From: Hydrolagus affinis
Taxonomy: Eukaryota
NCBI GenBank assembly: GCA_012026655.1
Contig: JAAILG010000775.1
Coordinates: 1 to 64,000, forward strand
Length of the DNA stretch: 64,000 nucleotides
Direction of reading: 5' to 3'
A program made the position numbers and the translations under genes. Shown here one piece after another: positions 24,990-38,325 of the stretch. Each line of letters starts with the position of its first letter. The first letter of the stretch is position 1. The notes under the pieces were generated by a model. The model had not been told where the DNA came from and searched no databases. It was given only the letters and a program-made list of their open reading frames with translations.

Positions 24990-25480
24990 GAGTCAACTTG
25001 GCTTAGTTGGTAGCGCTTTCGCCTTTGAGTCAGAAGGTTGTGCGTTGAAGTCCCATATCGGGATTTTGAACTCGTATAGTCTGAGGCTGATAAAGAACAC
25101 TAAAATCGATGGGAATGTCGAAGAGGAGGGTATTGAGGAGGGACTTGAAGGAGGCCAGGGATGGGGCGAGGCGGAGGTAACTGCCGGATAGGATTCCAGA
25201 GGTTAGGGGCAGAGTGGCTAAAGGCTCGCCTGCCGATGGTGGGGCGGGTGGGTCGGGGGACATGGAGCAGGGCCGGAGCCTGAACCAGTGTAGTGCTGGG
25301 AGTGCCATCTTTCAGATGAGCCATTAAGAGACTGTTCAGCTGGATGTTAAAGATTCCGTTCATGGCTGTTTGTGGGATATCGCTGTGTTCAAATTAGCTG
25401 CCACATTTGCGTACAAATTACAGAGTCTACCCATTACAGTAAATACTGTGAAATGCTTTCAGACGTTCCCCCACAATATG
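24990..25480 (+). mobile_element. Deu-domain SINE interrupted by an L2 fragment
   Basis: Head ggcttagttggtagcgctttcgcctttgagtcagaaggttgtg (to ~25092); resumes near 25285 with gtgccatctttcagatgag...ggctgtttgtggg. Confidence 0.85.
25095..25280 (-). mobile_element. L2 LINE ORF2 C-terminal fragment
   Basis: Translates LLHVPRPTRPTIGRRAFSHSAPNLWN, the characteristic end of L2 ORF2. Confidence 0.9.
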
Positions 25481-26589
25481 AAGGTGACAGCAAAGGGATG
25501 GATTACAATAAAAGGGTGGGATGAGATCGGGGAGAGATTTAAATGCAATTTAAATGATTACTCCAATATGTGTGAACAGGTGCACACCTTTAAATAGTTT
25601 TTTTTTAAAAAGAGCTGTCAATTGAGTGGTACTGTTGTAAATCAATACTAATTGTATGCTTATTAGAAACAACTGGATTTCCATCAGGATACAGAATTTG
25701 TTCTCCAACAGCTACAAAAGGGGATTTCGATTTAGAGGTTTTTGTCATTTAATCCGAGTTGCAAAAGTAATTTATCAATTAAATGTTTAGTTCAACTAGA
25801 GAAACCACTAAAAGCAATTTAATTTCATCCAATGACACTTCCTATCCTATTCACTAAAAGAAAATGCAAGCACTCAGATTGACTAACCTCTGTGGCTGCT
25901 TTGCTTTGCTTTGCAAGCAGGCACTTGCAGATGTAACGACAATCAGTGACGCATTAAACCTCAATTTTCTGCCCAATGTGTCTTCCTGTGAGAAACTCTC
26001 CCCAACATCTTCAGCAACGAGAGCTTTTCAAAGTCTGCCTCGGGCTGAAATGCAAAAGAAGCAGTTTCAAGCTGATTTACAAAGCTGTTCAGTCAAATGA
26101 TAGATTGTTATTTGGGCACAACAAATAAGATGGGTGAGGAGGGGGAAAACATATTTATATTTTTCTTTCTTTCTGAGCTAAGCTTTACATTAAACCACTT
26201 TAACCTGTCACAGTAGGAACTGCAGCATTTACTCAATGTTTCATTATTAATTTCAGATATTTAAATAAGCCTTTAAGTATGAGTGTTCAGCTTGTGACTG
26301 GTTTATAATTCAGCCTGCATTAGAAATGCACCATTTTAAATGTCAGCGAGGCAACTCTGAAACAATGCTGACTCCTTTTGTGGCATTATAATACACGGCT
26401 CTGTCTAGCCCCATTAAATGTCTTGGCATTACCATCTGGTATGACACTGTATGCTAAATCGGCAGATTGTAAAAGGACATTTCTGTTGGTTTTGTACTTA
26501 ACTTTTCTTTAGTTGTTTTACATGGTAGAAATGTGGAAGCTCCTCCTGCAATGACAGACGGGGTGGTGGTGGGGGGGGGGGGGGGAGTC

Positions 26590-26725
26590 TATTAATTGGC
26601 CTCCCCACCATCTCTTGGGCCAGAGATAGCAATATCAACAAGGGTTTCTGATCACAAGCTTGAAAACCCAGTTGAAAGTGTGCACGTGTGGACAATGCAA
26701 TGGGGATATGAGCAGACGAGGCTGA
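26590..26725 (+). mobile_element. LF-SINE-like fragment
   Basis: aattggcctc...agggtttctgatcac...gaaagtgtgcacgtgtggac. Confidence 0.65.
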
Positions 26726-26759
26726 AATGCCCCCATGGTTTTCGATTTGACATCGCTAA

Positions 26760-26997
26760 CCTCTCAAACACCCTCCCTCCATCCCCTCTCTACCTGTTGT
26801 TAAGACTGCCTTAAAACCTATCCTTCAATCACCCCATGGGACGTCCTCCCGATATGAAAGGCATTCTACAAATGTAATTTTGTTACACCTCTCCCTTTCC
26901 CCTTCTCTCTTGCTTGGTATTGGACCCCACCATTGTGAAGTGCCCTTAGATGCTATTCTATGTGAAGGATGCTTTATAAATGTAGGTTGTTGTTGGC
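26760..26997 (+). mobile_element. L2 3' end fragments
   Basis: gccttaaaacctatccttc; tgtgaagtgccctt...ataaatgtaggttgttgtt. Confidence 0.7.
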
Positions 26998-27799
26998 TTG
27001 CTGGTTGAACTTACTCCATAAGAATGCATTTCAATGAGATATTGGGGAGGGAGATGGTGGGGGGGAATGGCACTTTGCTAGTCGCGGTTTAACTCTAGTT
27101 GGTTATTTTTCAGCACCTTCAGCAGGGCGAGTGTGCAAGGCATTGTTTGAAGAAACGGTTGAAATAAAAGAGAAAAATAAAATTCACCGTAAAGTGGGTT
27201 AATCATTTTGATGGATGCAGTATGATGGCCTGCAAAAAAAACAGTTCAACAAATGTTTTTAGTTAAAGCTTAAGCTGAACTTGATTTGATTTGCTGTGGT
27301 GTATCTGCTGAATTAACAGATAACAAACAGTTGCTTGTACTTTGGCCATTTTGGTTCAATAGTTTATCATGAGTCACATTGCTGGAAACTGTGAAGGAAC
27401 AGCCTTCAATTACACGCAGTCTTCAGAAACCGGGTTTATCCCTGAACAGAGAGATTACAAGCAGTGGAAAAATTAACTGCAGCAGCAAAGTTACCAAGAA
27501 GTGTTTTGTTACAAAGGTGGCATATTTTTTTGGCGTTGAAGTTTGAACATTGGGTTTCAGTACTCCTGCAAAAAATAAAACTGCTACAAAGAATTAGAGT
27601 TGCATTAAATGTCCTTTTGTTTTTGCATTTATTTAAGATTCAGTAAGTGTACATTTTTGTTCAAATACTGACAGCTGATAACATCATTGGGGAAACAGGC
27701 TCGAGGGAATTATTCAAACTGACAGTGTGAATGAGCTGAATTGAATTGGTAGCTGTGTCCAGCCTACAAACACACCGTGACTATATTTTACATAACTCT

Positions 27800-27905
27800 A
27801 GTAATAACAATAATAATGATCCTTGCGTTTGACATAGCACCTTCTCACGTCTTGGAGACGTCTCAATGCGCACTGTAACATGAATTAACTGTATGTTTAG
27901 TGGGT
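27800..27905 (-). mobile_element. SINE 3' fragment
   Basis: aataatgatccttgcgtttgacatagcaccttctcacgtc. Confidence 0.85.
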
Positions 27906-28335
27906 TTGGATCCGTTTTGACGGGATAAGGGGCTGCATCAACTGCAAGGCATGATATTATTATAATATGACAAATAGTTAATATGAGAACTAATGGTGAA
28001 GCTCTTGCTAGAGATAATGAGCACAGTGATGGTCACATATTATTATTATTATATGATGGTGTCTTTTATTGCCTTTGTTATTGGTTGTCCTACTGTTTTA
28101 CTTCAAAACGGGTTTTTCATTGAACCCTAAAATTGGCGTTCAAAATATTTACCTTTCATCCTCCAATAGCCCGGTCGGTAAAAGCTTATTGCAGCACAAG
28201 GCCACACGGAAAGTAGCGGATTTAAATCTGTACTGAGTTGCCTCATCTCATCTGAGGCAACAGTGACTTAACTAGTCTCATCAAGCCCTGGGTTAAGGAG
28301 GGGAATAATCTGCCATTGCTCCTATTCCTATTGTA

Positions 28336-28425
28336 GGCCTGTGGCTCAATGGTTAGAGCATCCTCCTTGCAAGCGAGAGACCTGGGTTCTATTCCTGGCA
28401 GGAAGTTTCCTTACTCTACGTGCCT
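28336..28425 (+). mobile_element. tRNA-derived SINE head
   Basis: cctgtggctcaatggttagagcatcctccttgcaagcgagagacctgggttctattcctggcagg. Confidence 0.85.
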
Positions 28426-28499
28426 TTGTTTACCCAGCAGTAAGTAGGAACCTGCTTGTTAATCAGTTGGCCTTAATGAAACCCTTCTATAATTTTAGA

Positions 28500-28672
28500 A
28501 ACATGAATTCGCTCCCTCTTTAAATGTTTCTGCTCGAGTGAAAAAAAGGCCTAACGTGTCCAATCTAAGATTACTGCTATAAAACCCTGACCCCATCCTT
28601 GTAAACCCGCACTGTACTCTCTCCATCACTGCTATACCCTTCTTGTAGTGGGGCGTCCAGAATTGGACACTG
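28500..28672 (-). mobile_element. CR1 LINE ORF2 fragment
   Basis: Translates VQFWTPHYKKGIAVMERVQCGFTRM, resembling the CR1 motif VQFWSPHYRKDI..LERVQRRFTRM. Confidence 0.92.
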
Positions 28673-29746
28673 GAATTGGACACGTTCCTGATTTCTATCC
28701 AGTGATCCCAACTGGAAAGTGCACAGATATAAAAGTTAGATGAGGAAAGCTTAGTGCTTTGGCTGTGCAACTCCATCATGTTGAATAGCCTACCAACACT
28801 CACTGTATGGCTCACACAAGACGAGTGGCCATTTAAGTCAGGCAGGGAGCTAGTGTCTATGAAGATGCATCCAAGCATGAGACTGTGTCTTTGGGAATTG
28901 GCAGACAAATAAGTATTTACACCCAAAGGACATGCCTGACATTCCCCACACCAACCATACTTCACAGCTCTAAATATGAATGGATATAGTCTACAGTAAC
29001 TCCTACTCCCGGTAGGAAATTGGTCTGCATTGGTCAATTTCTTCAGCAACAACAACAAAATTGCACTTATATAGCGTCTTTCAAGTCGGCAGGATGTCCA
29101 GCAGTTTTTAACATTTCAGTACTTTATGAGGAATGTATTGTTCAGGCATGAAAACGAAACTTGGACAACTTGTACCATAGACTGAGTTCACACAAACAGT
29201 TTTAGCAGAGAGAAGGTACGCCCTCCCATTGAATAAAATCAATGTATTCGGTGCACTTAAATGGAGCAGATGCTTTTGTTGCCAGCCCACATAAGGTGTT
29301 TCAACATTATCAAAGGTCAGATCAGCATTACATAGCCTGCATCAGCACTCGCAAGAATGTGTGCAGTTCTTTTGAAACAGTATAAAGGTTTTTTTTTGTG
29401 TGTGGGACACACATACACACTGTTTCTGCCTCACTTTGTGAATTCAAACAATACGATATGTCAAATGTTCTGAAGCTTGAAATTAGTTTGGGGTGTGCAA
29501 ATTTAATAAAAAGTGAGATACTGTAACCGAGGAGTTAATGCAACTATATTCTCTATCTGCGCTAAATCTGTCCTATAAGCATTTTTAAAACATTTTTCTG
29601 GTAGTTTTGCTTTTTTAACTGATGCAATGTTTAACCCACAGAATCTGATAGGACCGTAGGGATGTCCAACACAGAACAAGACAATTTAGTGAGTCTTATT
29701 TTGAAATATAGTATTGTCTCACTCTATGTCACATAATCTGATTTCG

Positions 29747-29765
29747 CACACACACACACACACAC
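29747..29765. repeat. (CA)n microsatellite
   Basis: Direct reading. Confidence 0.95.
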
Positions 29766-30019
29766 CATCCAAATAATCCATTCACTTTGGGATTAAAAAA
29801 AACTATCCAACTCGATCCCCACCCCCTACCCCCCATAACCTCCCTGGGCAAAATCTTCCACATGATAATCACCCTTTGCATAAATCAGTTATATCTAGAC
29901 TATTTATTCCCCTCCCCTTTCCTTCTGAGTTAGAGCACATGACGCTGTGTTGTAGACTTTTTTTTAGTACAGTATATATGGTTTTGTAGCCTGGCTTGTC
30001 TGTCAACCTTGTAGGATCT

Positions 30020-30110
30020 GCCGGATTTCAGTAAGATCACCTCTCATTTCTCTGTTCTCCAATGTAAACTTTTCCCAGCTTCTGCAAACTCAGCTTCCTA
30101 ATCCAATGTA
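30020..30110 (-). mobile_element. CR1 fragment
   Basis: agatcacctctcatttctctgttctccaatg...cccagc is typical of antisense CR1 ORF2. Confidence 0.55.
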
Positions 30111-31504
30111 TTTACAGACACAAGGATTTTTTTTGTTAGAAAGTAACTTACATCTTATTTTAAATCGAGTAAAAATACAGGCTAATCTAATACCAATAGC
30201 AAAAGCATGCTGCCAGCTATTTGGAGGACTGATTTTACTGATTTAAAAATAATGCAGCCTGACAATGTCAGAGAGAGATTAGATCAATAAAGCAGACCTG
30301 AAGACAGTAAAGCTGGTGAGTCAAATGCACATGACTCTGTTCCCTTTAAAAGGAAAATACAGTTAATCACAGCAAGTCAAAGCCTTGCAGATCATTACCT
30401 TCTGAAGGCCTAGCGCTTTCTAAACTTGTTTGTTTACAAAAAGGATTATTCAACAAGCATTGGAAGATAAAATTAGAAAATATTCCAACAATAATAACAG
30501 CATTTATGCGGCAGCTTTCATCTGATATAAACAGCCCCTGCCCCCACCATAAAAAACAACCCTTTTCAACATAAAATTGATCAGAAATAAATGAGAGTAA
30601 ATGTTATATAAGCATCCGCAGCAGCTAAATATTCTGTGGTTTTGATGTTAAAATATATAGTTTTAAAATGCTGCCTACGTCTGAACAAAAGTTTTTTTTT
30701 CCTTTTGTTTACCTAAAATGTCTAGCATACATACAGTATTTTTGTATTTTGCTTGGCCAGTAACACATTTGCTGACATTAGACCAGAAGAGATTTTCCTG
30801 CAAAGCCAAATAGTCTCAAGCAATGTAACCAAAGAACCGCAGAATATCGTTTACTACAGAAGGGGCCTGACTGCAGTGTTCAGTGTCAGTTTGCTTGGCA
30901 CAGAATTCTCCTATGTATGTTCGGCATCGTAGAGAAATTGACACAGAAACTTGAAGTCAGCCCCCAGGAACAGATATAAATCAGCAAGTGCACACCTGTC
31001 CCGTAAACAGGCACACAAAACAATTCCTTGCGCCAATTAAATTCCTTGCACAGCCCAGATGCAACTGAAATGATGCCAGATGCACAGACAATTTCTTTCG
31101 AACACACACACACGGAAAAAAAAACTTTTTGCCTCGAGTCATAGTCAAGGCAATTTCTGCTGCAGTGGTTCTGATTATATTTCTCTGTAATACATTCTTA
31201 ATATGAACATCTGTACCGAACAAACACATGCCTGAAACAGCTATCAATACACTCTGCCTGTCCAAGCGTATCCGATAATCTCTATAGGGAAGGCTGGCAG
31301 ATGGCCAATTCAATCTCCAGAGAAATTTGTAATGCAGATTTGATGTGCCGATCCTTTTATTTTACATTAAATGCAAAGATAATTATTACTGCTAAAATAG
31401 CCTACTTACAATGGGGAGCTATCAGTTATAACTTATAGTGCTAGGATCACTTTGCAGGCACATTTTTTGAATCTTGTAGCTCTTGTACAGTAAACATGGC
31501 AAAA

Positions 31505-31700
31505 ATCGGATGGCCTAGTTTAACGGACAAAGGCAATGTCCAGCACAGAATGAGTCTGTATAGACAAGAAGGTCACAGGTTCAATTACCAGCCTGTGGTG
31601 AATCATCTGATCTTGGTTAGGGCACTGCAATCGGCCTCAGCACCCAGTGGGCCAGAGAGGTGGAAAATTAGCATGGTTCCTGATCATTATATAGTGCCTC
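31505..31700 (+). mobile_element. LF-SINE-like 5' half
   Basis: atggcctagt...agacaagaaggtcacaggttcaa...gcaatcggcctcagcaccc...gttcctgatcattat. Confidence 0.85.
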
Positions 31701-31799
31701 GTGTTGGATAGCGCCTTGGCAGAGGTTAGGAGAGGAAAGCATCAGTTTGCCTGCTGTGTCCCTTTAAGCACTCTCTATTGCTTGTCGATACTGTTTAAT

Positions 31800-31892
31800 G
31801 AGAATGATTCTTGCATTCGATGCAGCGACTTAGCACGCCGTCAAAACGCCTCACAGCATTTCACAGGATTTACTGCAAAGTGTGGTGACTGT
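31800..31892 (-). mobile_element. SINE 3' fragment
   Basis: attcttgcattcgatgcagcg...tcacaggatttactgcaaagtg. Confidence 0.7.
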
Positions 31893-33832
31893 AAGTGAAC
31901 TGTTTAGGCCATTTAAAATGTGAAGTACACAAACACTAGGGCTGGGCCGTGGCAGGTGGACAAAGAACCTGTCAAAATAAACAGAATGCTGGAAAGTGAA
32001 ACAAATTTCGACCAAACATATTTTTTTAAGATGTTCATCTGTTAAAAAGAATTAAACATGTCCTAGCTCAAATAACATTTCTCAAATTTTTTTAATGAAA
32101 TCAGCCTGCCCACATTTGCTTTGACTCAACGCAGGGTGTAATCTACAAGGACCAAAATGCTGGCTAATTCATTCCGAAGCTATTGTCCTGCCCTCGCATT
32201 CAAGACAGTGGCTGTCAACAATGGGAAGATTACACAATGCAGGAGGTGCACTGGCAAAACAAGAACGTAGAACAACATCCAACACCCAAACTTTCAGAAG
32301 GGATTTTCACAATCAGAGATTGCTGCTTTTCCCCAGAACCTCCTAAAGTGGCAACCGTGGAGCTTTGAATCATAAATTTCCAGTTAAATACCTCATCTGT
32401 GACTCAGCTAATTCACGTAGCTTTCAATATGATCTACGTACAGTATTTTAATTTTTTTAAAAAAATTCACGACTTATGTTTTGCAATAACCATTCCTAGC
32501 TTTTTAAAGTGGAATAAGTTCTTGATTCGATACACACAAGCAAGCATTTCAATGTCGTCTGAAGGTACTATGGCAACTACAGTCCGACTCGATTGATTTA
32601 AGCAGCACTGAGAGAGCGGAAGAGGGGGCTGTCACTCACAAGTTTTATTGCAATGCATTACCCATTATTCAGGAGCCACTTTTTGGAAGTATTGCAAATG
32701 TAATTTTGTTGAAGTGGTATGTGAGTAAAACCACATACCTGTTGGGTAATTTTACATATCACAAGAATCTTTGTTGGGAAGATCTGATTATTAGTTTCTC
32801 CACAGTTCAATAACCCGATTCCACATTATTTTTAAAACGGTTGTGAATCCAACCATATGAGCTTGATGACTCTAGAAAGATTGGTTCAATAATTTTCACG
32901 CTCAATTTCTAATTTTTAAGTAACATCTGTCATCAGCTTTGACAGAGAAAAACAATATACTGTAATAGTTCTCTCTCTAGCAGTTTCACCCCACCCTTTG
33001 TATCTAGCCCGTCTCCCAGAATAGCAGGTAATGAAAAAAGCACATTCGAGCAATTATTCAAATGCTTTTCGTAAGGTTTGCATTGAATAAAAAGACTGTA
33101 CTTTGTCTGCTGTGTAAATACACATAAATTAAGTACAGAACGGAACAAGAGACCCCAAAGAACTCCCTGCACTATCAGGCCTATTTGTATTGACAGTCGT
33201 CAGTTGTCTGATACCTACTTTATTATTCAGGAGAGAAACTCAAAGGGTTTCACAACGGCTGCTGTGCAATAAAAGATAATGACTCGAACCAAAGGTATCA
33301 CCTTTGTACCATTTCAAAAGGAATCCCAATTCTTTTGACCTTGATTATGTTCAGTCTTTTTTTTACGCGTGGCATTCTTCACACATGTAAGTTTCCCAAG
33401 GTTTTCTGGGCACTGGGATGCAAGCATTTCGCAAATATCGAATGGCAAATATTGAATGAATTATTTGCGCAAGTTGATTTCCTACCATTTGCTCCCTATC
33501 GCTAAGCTGGGATAAGAATTTGACCTATTTCTCAAAGCCTCCTTCTCCCCCTCCCCCAACCCACTCATTCATTCACTCACTCTACACACCCCAATTAAGA
33601 TACTTTTCTTCAAATTGATCAGGTCAACCAATTTATGTGCTAAACTAGGTTGCTGCGTGGGTCATCATTGAAAAAACAAACACTGGCCTGAATAAAACTT
33701 CTCCAGCTGTATCTTTTTTTGTTTCTTAAAATAAAATACCTAGTCTTGATTTAAATGAGATGCCATTCATTTGACTCAATATCTACATTCATAGATTATC
33801 CCATTTTAAACCATAATTGTTTGATGAGAGAT

Positions 33833-33849
33833 GTGTGTGTGTGTGTGTG
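33833..33849. repeat. (TG)n microsatellite
   Basis: Direct reading. Confidence 0.95.
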
Positions 33850-34864
33850 AATGTGTGAGTATATATATTTGTGTAACTTTAACACAATCAGAATGGCATT
33901 TGAACATAGATAAATGGGACCTATTCCCGATACAACATTCTGAAATAATCATTTTACATTGTATACATTTATCTTGGAGCTGGACAAAATGTTTGAAGAA
34001 GTAAAAGATCCTTGATTGGTAAGGGGTCGCTTAATGTATGGCATATGCTACAGCCTTTTAGCTAATTCACATGTCTGTCTGCACTAATAATAGAGAAGGT
34101 TACATGCCAATTATTCAGGGTGAAATCAGCCAGTAAGCTCAGGACAATAGAAGCACTGTTCAGACTCTTGATGTGGCACATTTTTTGAACACATTATCAG
34201 CAGCTGCTTCAGAAGAACAGTACTGATATATCTTTGTCACTAAAACCATATCTAGGAATGCAAATTGCTTTCAAGTGAAGAATACACATTAGTTTACCCT
34301 TATATATTGTAATATGTATGACTTCCTTGAGCACCCTGTAATTCGACAAAACAATATCTTATTGCTTTGCTGTTTTTTTCCTCCTCCATGGCAGATTGTT
34401 GTTTCCCGAAATGAAACAAGGCTTGACATTGCAAATCCACAATTCGTTATTACCAAAGGCCCCATTTCCTCATTTTTTAGACGGCTTGTATTGAAGCAGA
34501 TGGCAACTTTTTATTTGTGAAAAAAACACACAGGCTTGAGACAAGATAATGATTTGTGAAAGGAAGTTACACATATCTACAATGTACAGAACCAGGGAAA
34601 TTCAGGAATGGCTTTTCTTGTGGAGTCCCTATTGCAAAAGTGAACCGAGGATCGCATGACATGTGGAACTCGATACTGGCCCTCCTATTATTCTATTGCC
34701 TAACAAAACCAATAGAACTGAAATACTATTATAAACATCTGTCCCTTTGTTATTCCCTCACATCACAGTCTGTAGTCCCTAATGACCTTCCCATGTAGGA
34801 TATAATAATGTCAATAAGCCTTAAAAAATAATCATTTAGATTTGGTAATAATCTCTCAAGCAAA

Positions 34865-35040
34865 AATAATAATTTGGTCACTCAATCCACAACTGTTTGT
34901 GGGATGCTGTTATGTGCAATTGACAGCTGTGTTTCAAAATACAGTTAATTCACTTCACAGTGTGTTCTGTGAAACACTTTCACATGCCTCAACAAAGTGA
35001 TAAGGTGCTCCATCAAATGCAAGGATTATTATCATTATTT
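34865..35040 (+). mobile_element. Young SINE 3' half
   Basis: ttggtcactcaatccacaactgtttgtggg...atcaaatgcaaggattatt. Confidence 0.9.
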
Positions 35041-36211
35041 GATTTAGTGCCTTTAATGTCAGGAGGATGTCTCAAGGTGCAACGACTGTGTATTTGTTTT
35101 AAAAAAAACGTTGCAGGTGATGTTTTCATATCTCATACATCATATCCTGTGTGGTCTCCTCTGCATCCTCAGCGCTTGGAGACATCATCCTGTGTGAAGG
35201 ACGCGATATAAAAGCAAGTTGTTGATGTACTGTGATACCGCATATTTTGACAGACCGCCTCGCTGAACGTTTAACATTCTGGGTCTGTAAATATGATCCC
35301 AACCCCCTGTAAGAATCCCGCCCCCACCCACTCCATGTGCCTTTCTATCTGTAAGATTTCTATTTCACAATCCCTACCTTATCCACCTCTGTTTGTATTT
35401 TTTTTAATGCAAGCTCCACAAATGGTAAATGGCTTGTCTCCCTCATTCATGATTAATTGCAATTTTTTTCCCCCCCCACTTTTGTGTTCACTTAGTGGAT
35501 AAAGGCAGCACCGAGCCACACAGATTAGAGAGTTGCAGGTTCATAATCCCAGTCTGCAATGTTGTTACTTAATGTAATGAATAATAATCCTATTTCATGC
35601 AGGGCAGCGATTGATGAGCTTTACCTCACTATCGGTGACTGAGCTTTCAGCTACTTTGTCCCAACTCTCCAAATCTCTCTCCAAATCCCCTCCACTTTGA
35701 GCATCCAAATTTACCCACACCGAAAAATTATCTTCCTAATTAACCATTCCTTCTGGCATTCTCCCGCATTAGATTTTTTTTCACAATGTTTTTAAGCCAA
35801 CCTATCCCTATTACCTAAATTACAAACGGTTGATTTAAAAAATAAATAAAACTAATATATCATAAAAACAAGCTTAGCAGAATCAGAGAGCTGGATTAGT
35901 AAAACCAGAGCAGGGCACCAGTGAAGGGCACAATTGACGTCAACCATGAAAGAATTAAAGTATGAGAGTATGAGGCTACAGCAACACAGAATTACAGAGT
36001 CACAAAAGAGCAAGAGAGAGAAAGAGGATGGGTGGGGGGATGTGATCTGTGAGATGGCTCTCACCAGTGTGAACTTAAATAGCAAGAATGAATGGAAAAA
36101 CTAACTCATGTCATTTACAATGTTCAAATGCTAGCAGGATTTTATTAGATTGTTCACTGTGAGAAACAGATGTTGGATTCAGCAGCATTCGTGGACAATC
36201 TTTCATGAATC

Positions 36212-36320
36212 TTTTATACAGTCAATTCACTTTACAGTGTGTATATTCTGTGAAGCGCTTTGAGATGTCGATAAGATGTGAAAAATGCTATATCAATTGC
36301 AAGGATTATTTTTATTATAT
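36212..36320 (+). mobile_element. Young SINE 3' fragment
   Basis: atacagtcaattcactttacag...tgcaaggattatt. Confidence 0.9.
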
Positions 36321-37916
36321 TAGAGTATTATAATCCTGATGTCTGTTTCTCCCCAGTTCAAAAAAAACATCCAATCTCTAACATTGAATGGTTGTAAGAT
36401 GATTCAGGTAGAGAGAAAGTGCCTCCCCACCATCCACCCACCTCACCCACCTCACCCCCGACTGTTTCCTCTTGCCCTCCCACTCCTGAAAGACGCAGTT
36501 TCATTGTCAGTCTAAATCTGGTGCAGAGATCATGTTCCTGCAGTAACAGGAAAGCATCTATAGCAACTGGCATTGTGGAACCCACATCAGGCAGAAGTCT
36601 TCCAAACGGATGTCAAATTCACCGGAATTAGCTTCAAGCATCTAGCACTTGTCTGTTACACTAAAGGGGTTTGGAGCCCATTGCATCTGATGCAGTGTGA
36701 TCATGAGCTAACACCAGCGCATAGTTACGCCAGTTATCAGTGTCACCATTTCAATATCTCAAATGATTTTATCCCAGACCATTCACCACTTTAAAGTTAC
36801 AAATACAAATCCGTTGTTCAACTAAACTATTATTTGATTGTCCTGCTCCAGGGTATTCTACGTAAAGCAGAGATAACGGAAGTACTTTTAAACGCAATAA
36901 CTATTGATTCTGCAATTGGCAGAAAGATTGTTGGAGAAGGTAGATTTGGGTTAGATTCAAAAGAAAAAAAAATTACATTTGTATAACGCCTTTCAACAAC
37001 AACAAGTTCGATTTATATAGCGCCCTCCATGCTGGACGGTGTCTCAGAGCGCTTTCCCGTCGGGAGGACTTGTCAGATTGCTGGACAGTCAGTGGCTTCA
37101 GAGCCAATAAAAGAAAATAGATAAATTCCCCACACACTAGTTCAATATCACTGTTCAGATATTTTGTGAAGATGTAATTATAGCCAGAGGGCCCTGTTGC
37201 GTAGAAGAAAAGTACTTGGCCATGTATAGCTGACCACGTGGCTATTAACAAGAGTTTCCAGTCAGCTTAACGATCAGCTCATTCATCCATCAATGGTGTT
37301 GTCTAGGAAGTGAATGTATTAGCAAGTGGCTGTGTTCTGCTACAAACAAAAGACTTTACTATGGAAAGGTTTGCTGATTAAGAAAATGTAACACACGGTG
37401 AGTGGGGGCATAACCACTGACAAGCATTCCCTGTATTTTATTGCCACTTACAAGATTGTGACCTGAGAAAACTCACACGCATTACATTATTCTTGCTCTA
37501 TGACGTCGTCAAAGCTCACAGGATTGCAAGGACTTTCTGTGACAAGTCCGGGCTGGAAATGGGCTACCCTGGAAGTTGGTGAGGGAAGGGTTCCTGTTGG
37601 GTGACATACATTATGCAGTTCCTAGCCATTGTTTTGACTTACTTTCAGAAACGAGACAATAGGTATCTCCTGTTGAGATCCATGCCCACAGCACATGCAA
37701 AGTGGTTCTATTAACACACGGTAACAGCATAAAAATTCAGTGTATCTAATATATATACACTGATATCACGCGTATGTTTAAACATATGTTTATCAACTGT
37801 TATTTGGGCCCATTCTGTTTCAGATTCCAGTCCCTCGCAATGCCACAAACTATTCTGTAATTCACACAGGAAATGAGCCATTTTCCCAATCTTTTCTCTC
37901 TGTAATCAGTTGATGG

Positions 37917-38199
37917 GCCTTACGAGCAAGAGACCTGGGTTTGATTCCAGGCAGGGTGAAACCTTGGGCAAGTTTCCTTATTCCACGTGCCTCATAATAA
38001 TCCCTCAAAAAAACAACAATAAATTGGTCATTTCAATCCACGACTGTTTGTGGGACTCTGCTGGGCACTGTTGGCTGCCGTGTTTCGCCCACAAATATAC
38101 AGTCAATTCACTTTACAGTATATTCTGTGAAGCACTTTGAGACGTCTAGAAGAAGTGAAAAGCGTTATATCAAATGCAAGAATTATTATTATTATTATA
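37917..38199 (+). mobile_element. Young tRNA-SINE, slightly 5'-truncated
   Basis: gccttacgagcaagagacctgggtttgattccaggcagggtgaaaccttgggcaagtttcc... through the (ATT)n tail; close match to 13172-13497. Confidence 0.95.
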
Positions 38200-38235
38200 T
38201 TCGGGGTTAGCTTCCGGGCTCCACTGCTGATATGT

Positions 38236-38325
38236 AGAACCGTAGAAATTTACATGGTGCCCAGGTAAGCTCTCTGAAAGAGCATTCCCTTCAGTCCCAT
38301 TCCCCTTGCCTTTTCACAATGCTCC
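38236..38325 (-). mobile_element. CR1 3' terminus fragment
   Basis: tagaaatttac...ctctctgaaagagc...agtcccattcccc; reverse complement is similar to 24385-24508. Confidence 0.6.

Larger units (their letters stand above)
28165..28850 (+). mobile_element. LF-SINE-like element split into two halves (28165-28325 and 28684-28850)
   Basis: 5' half ends ...ccctgggttaaggagggaataatctgcccattgctcct; 3' half starts ttcctgatttctatccagtgatcccaactggaaagtgcac...gaatagcctaccaacactcactgt. Confidence 0.8.

Noticed and set aside
28495-29058. Longest ORF (187 aa, - strand)
   Set aside because: Chance read-through across an LF-SINE into a CR1 fragment. Only the QFWTPHY...RVQ segment is protein-derived.
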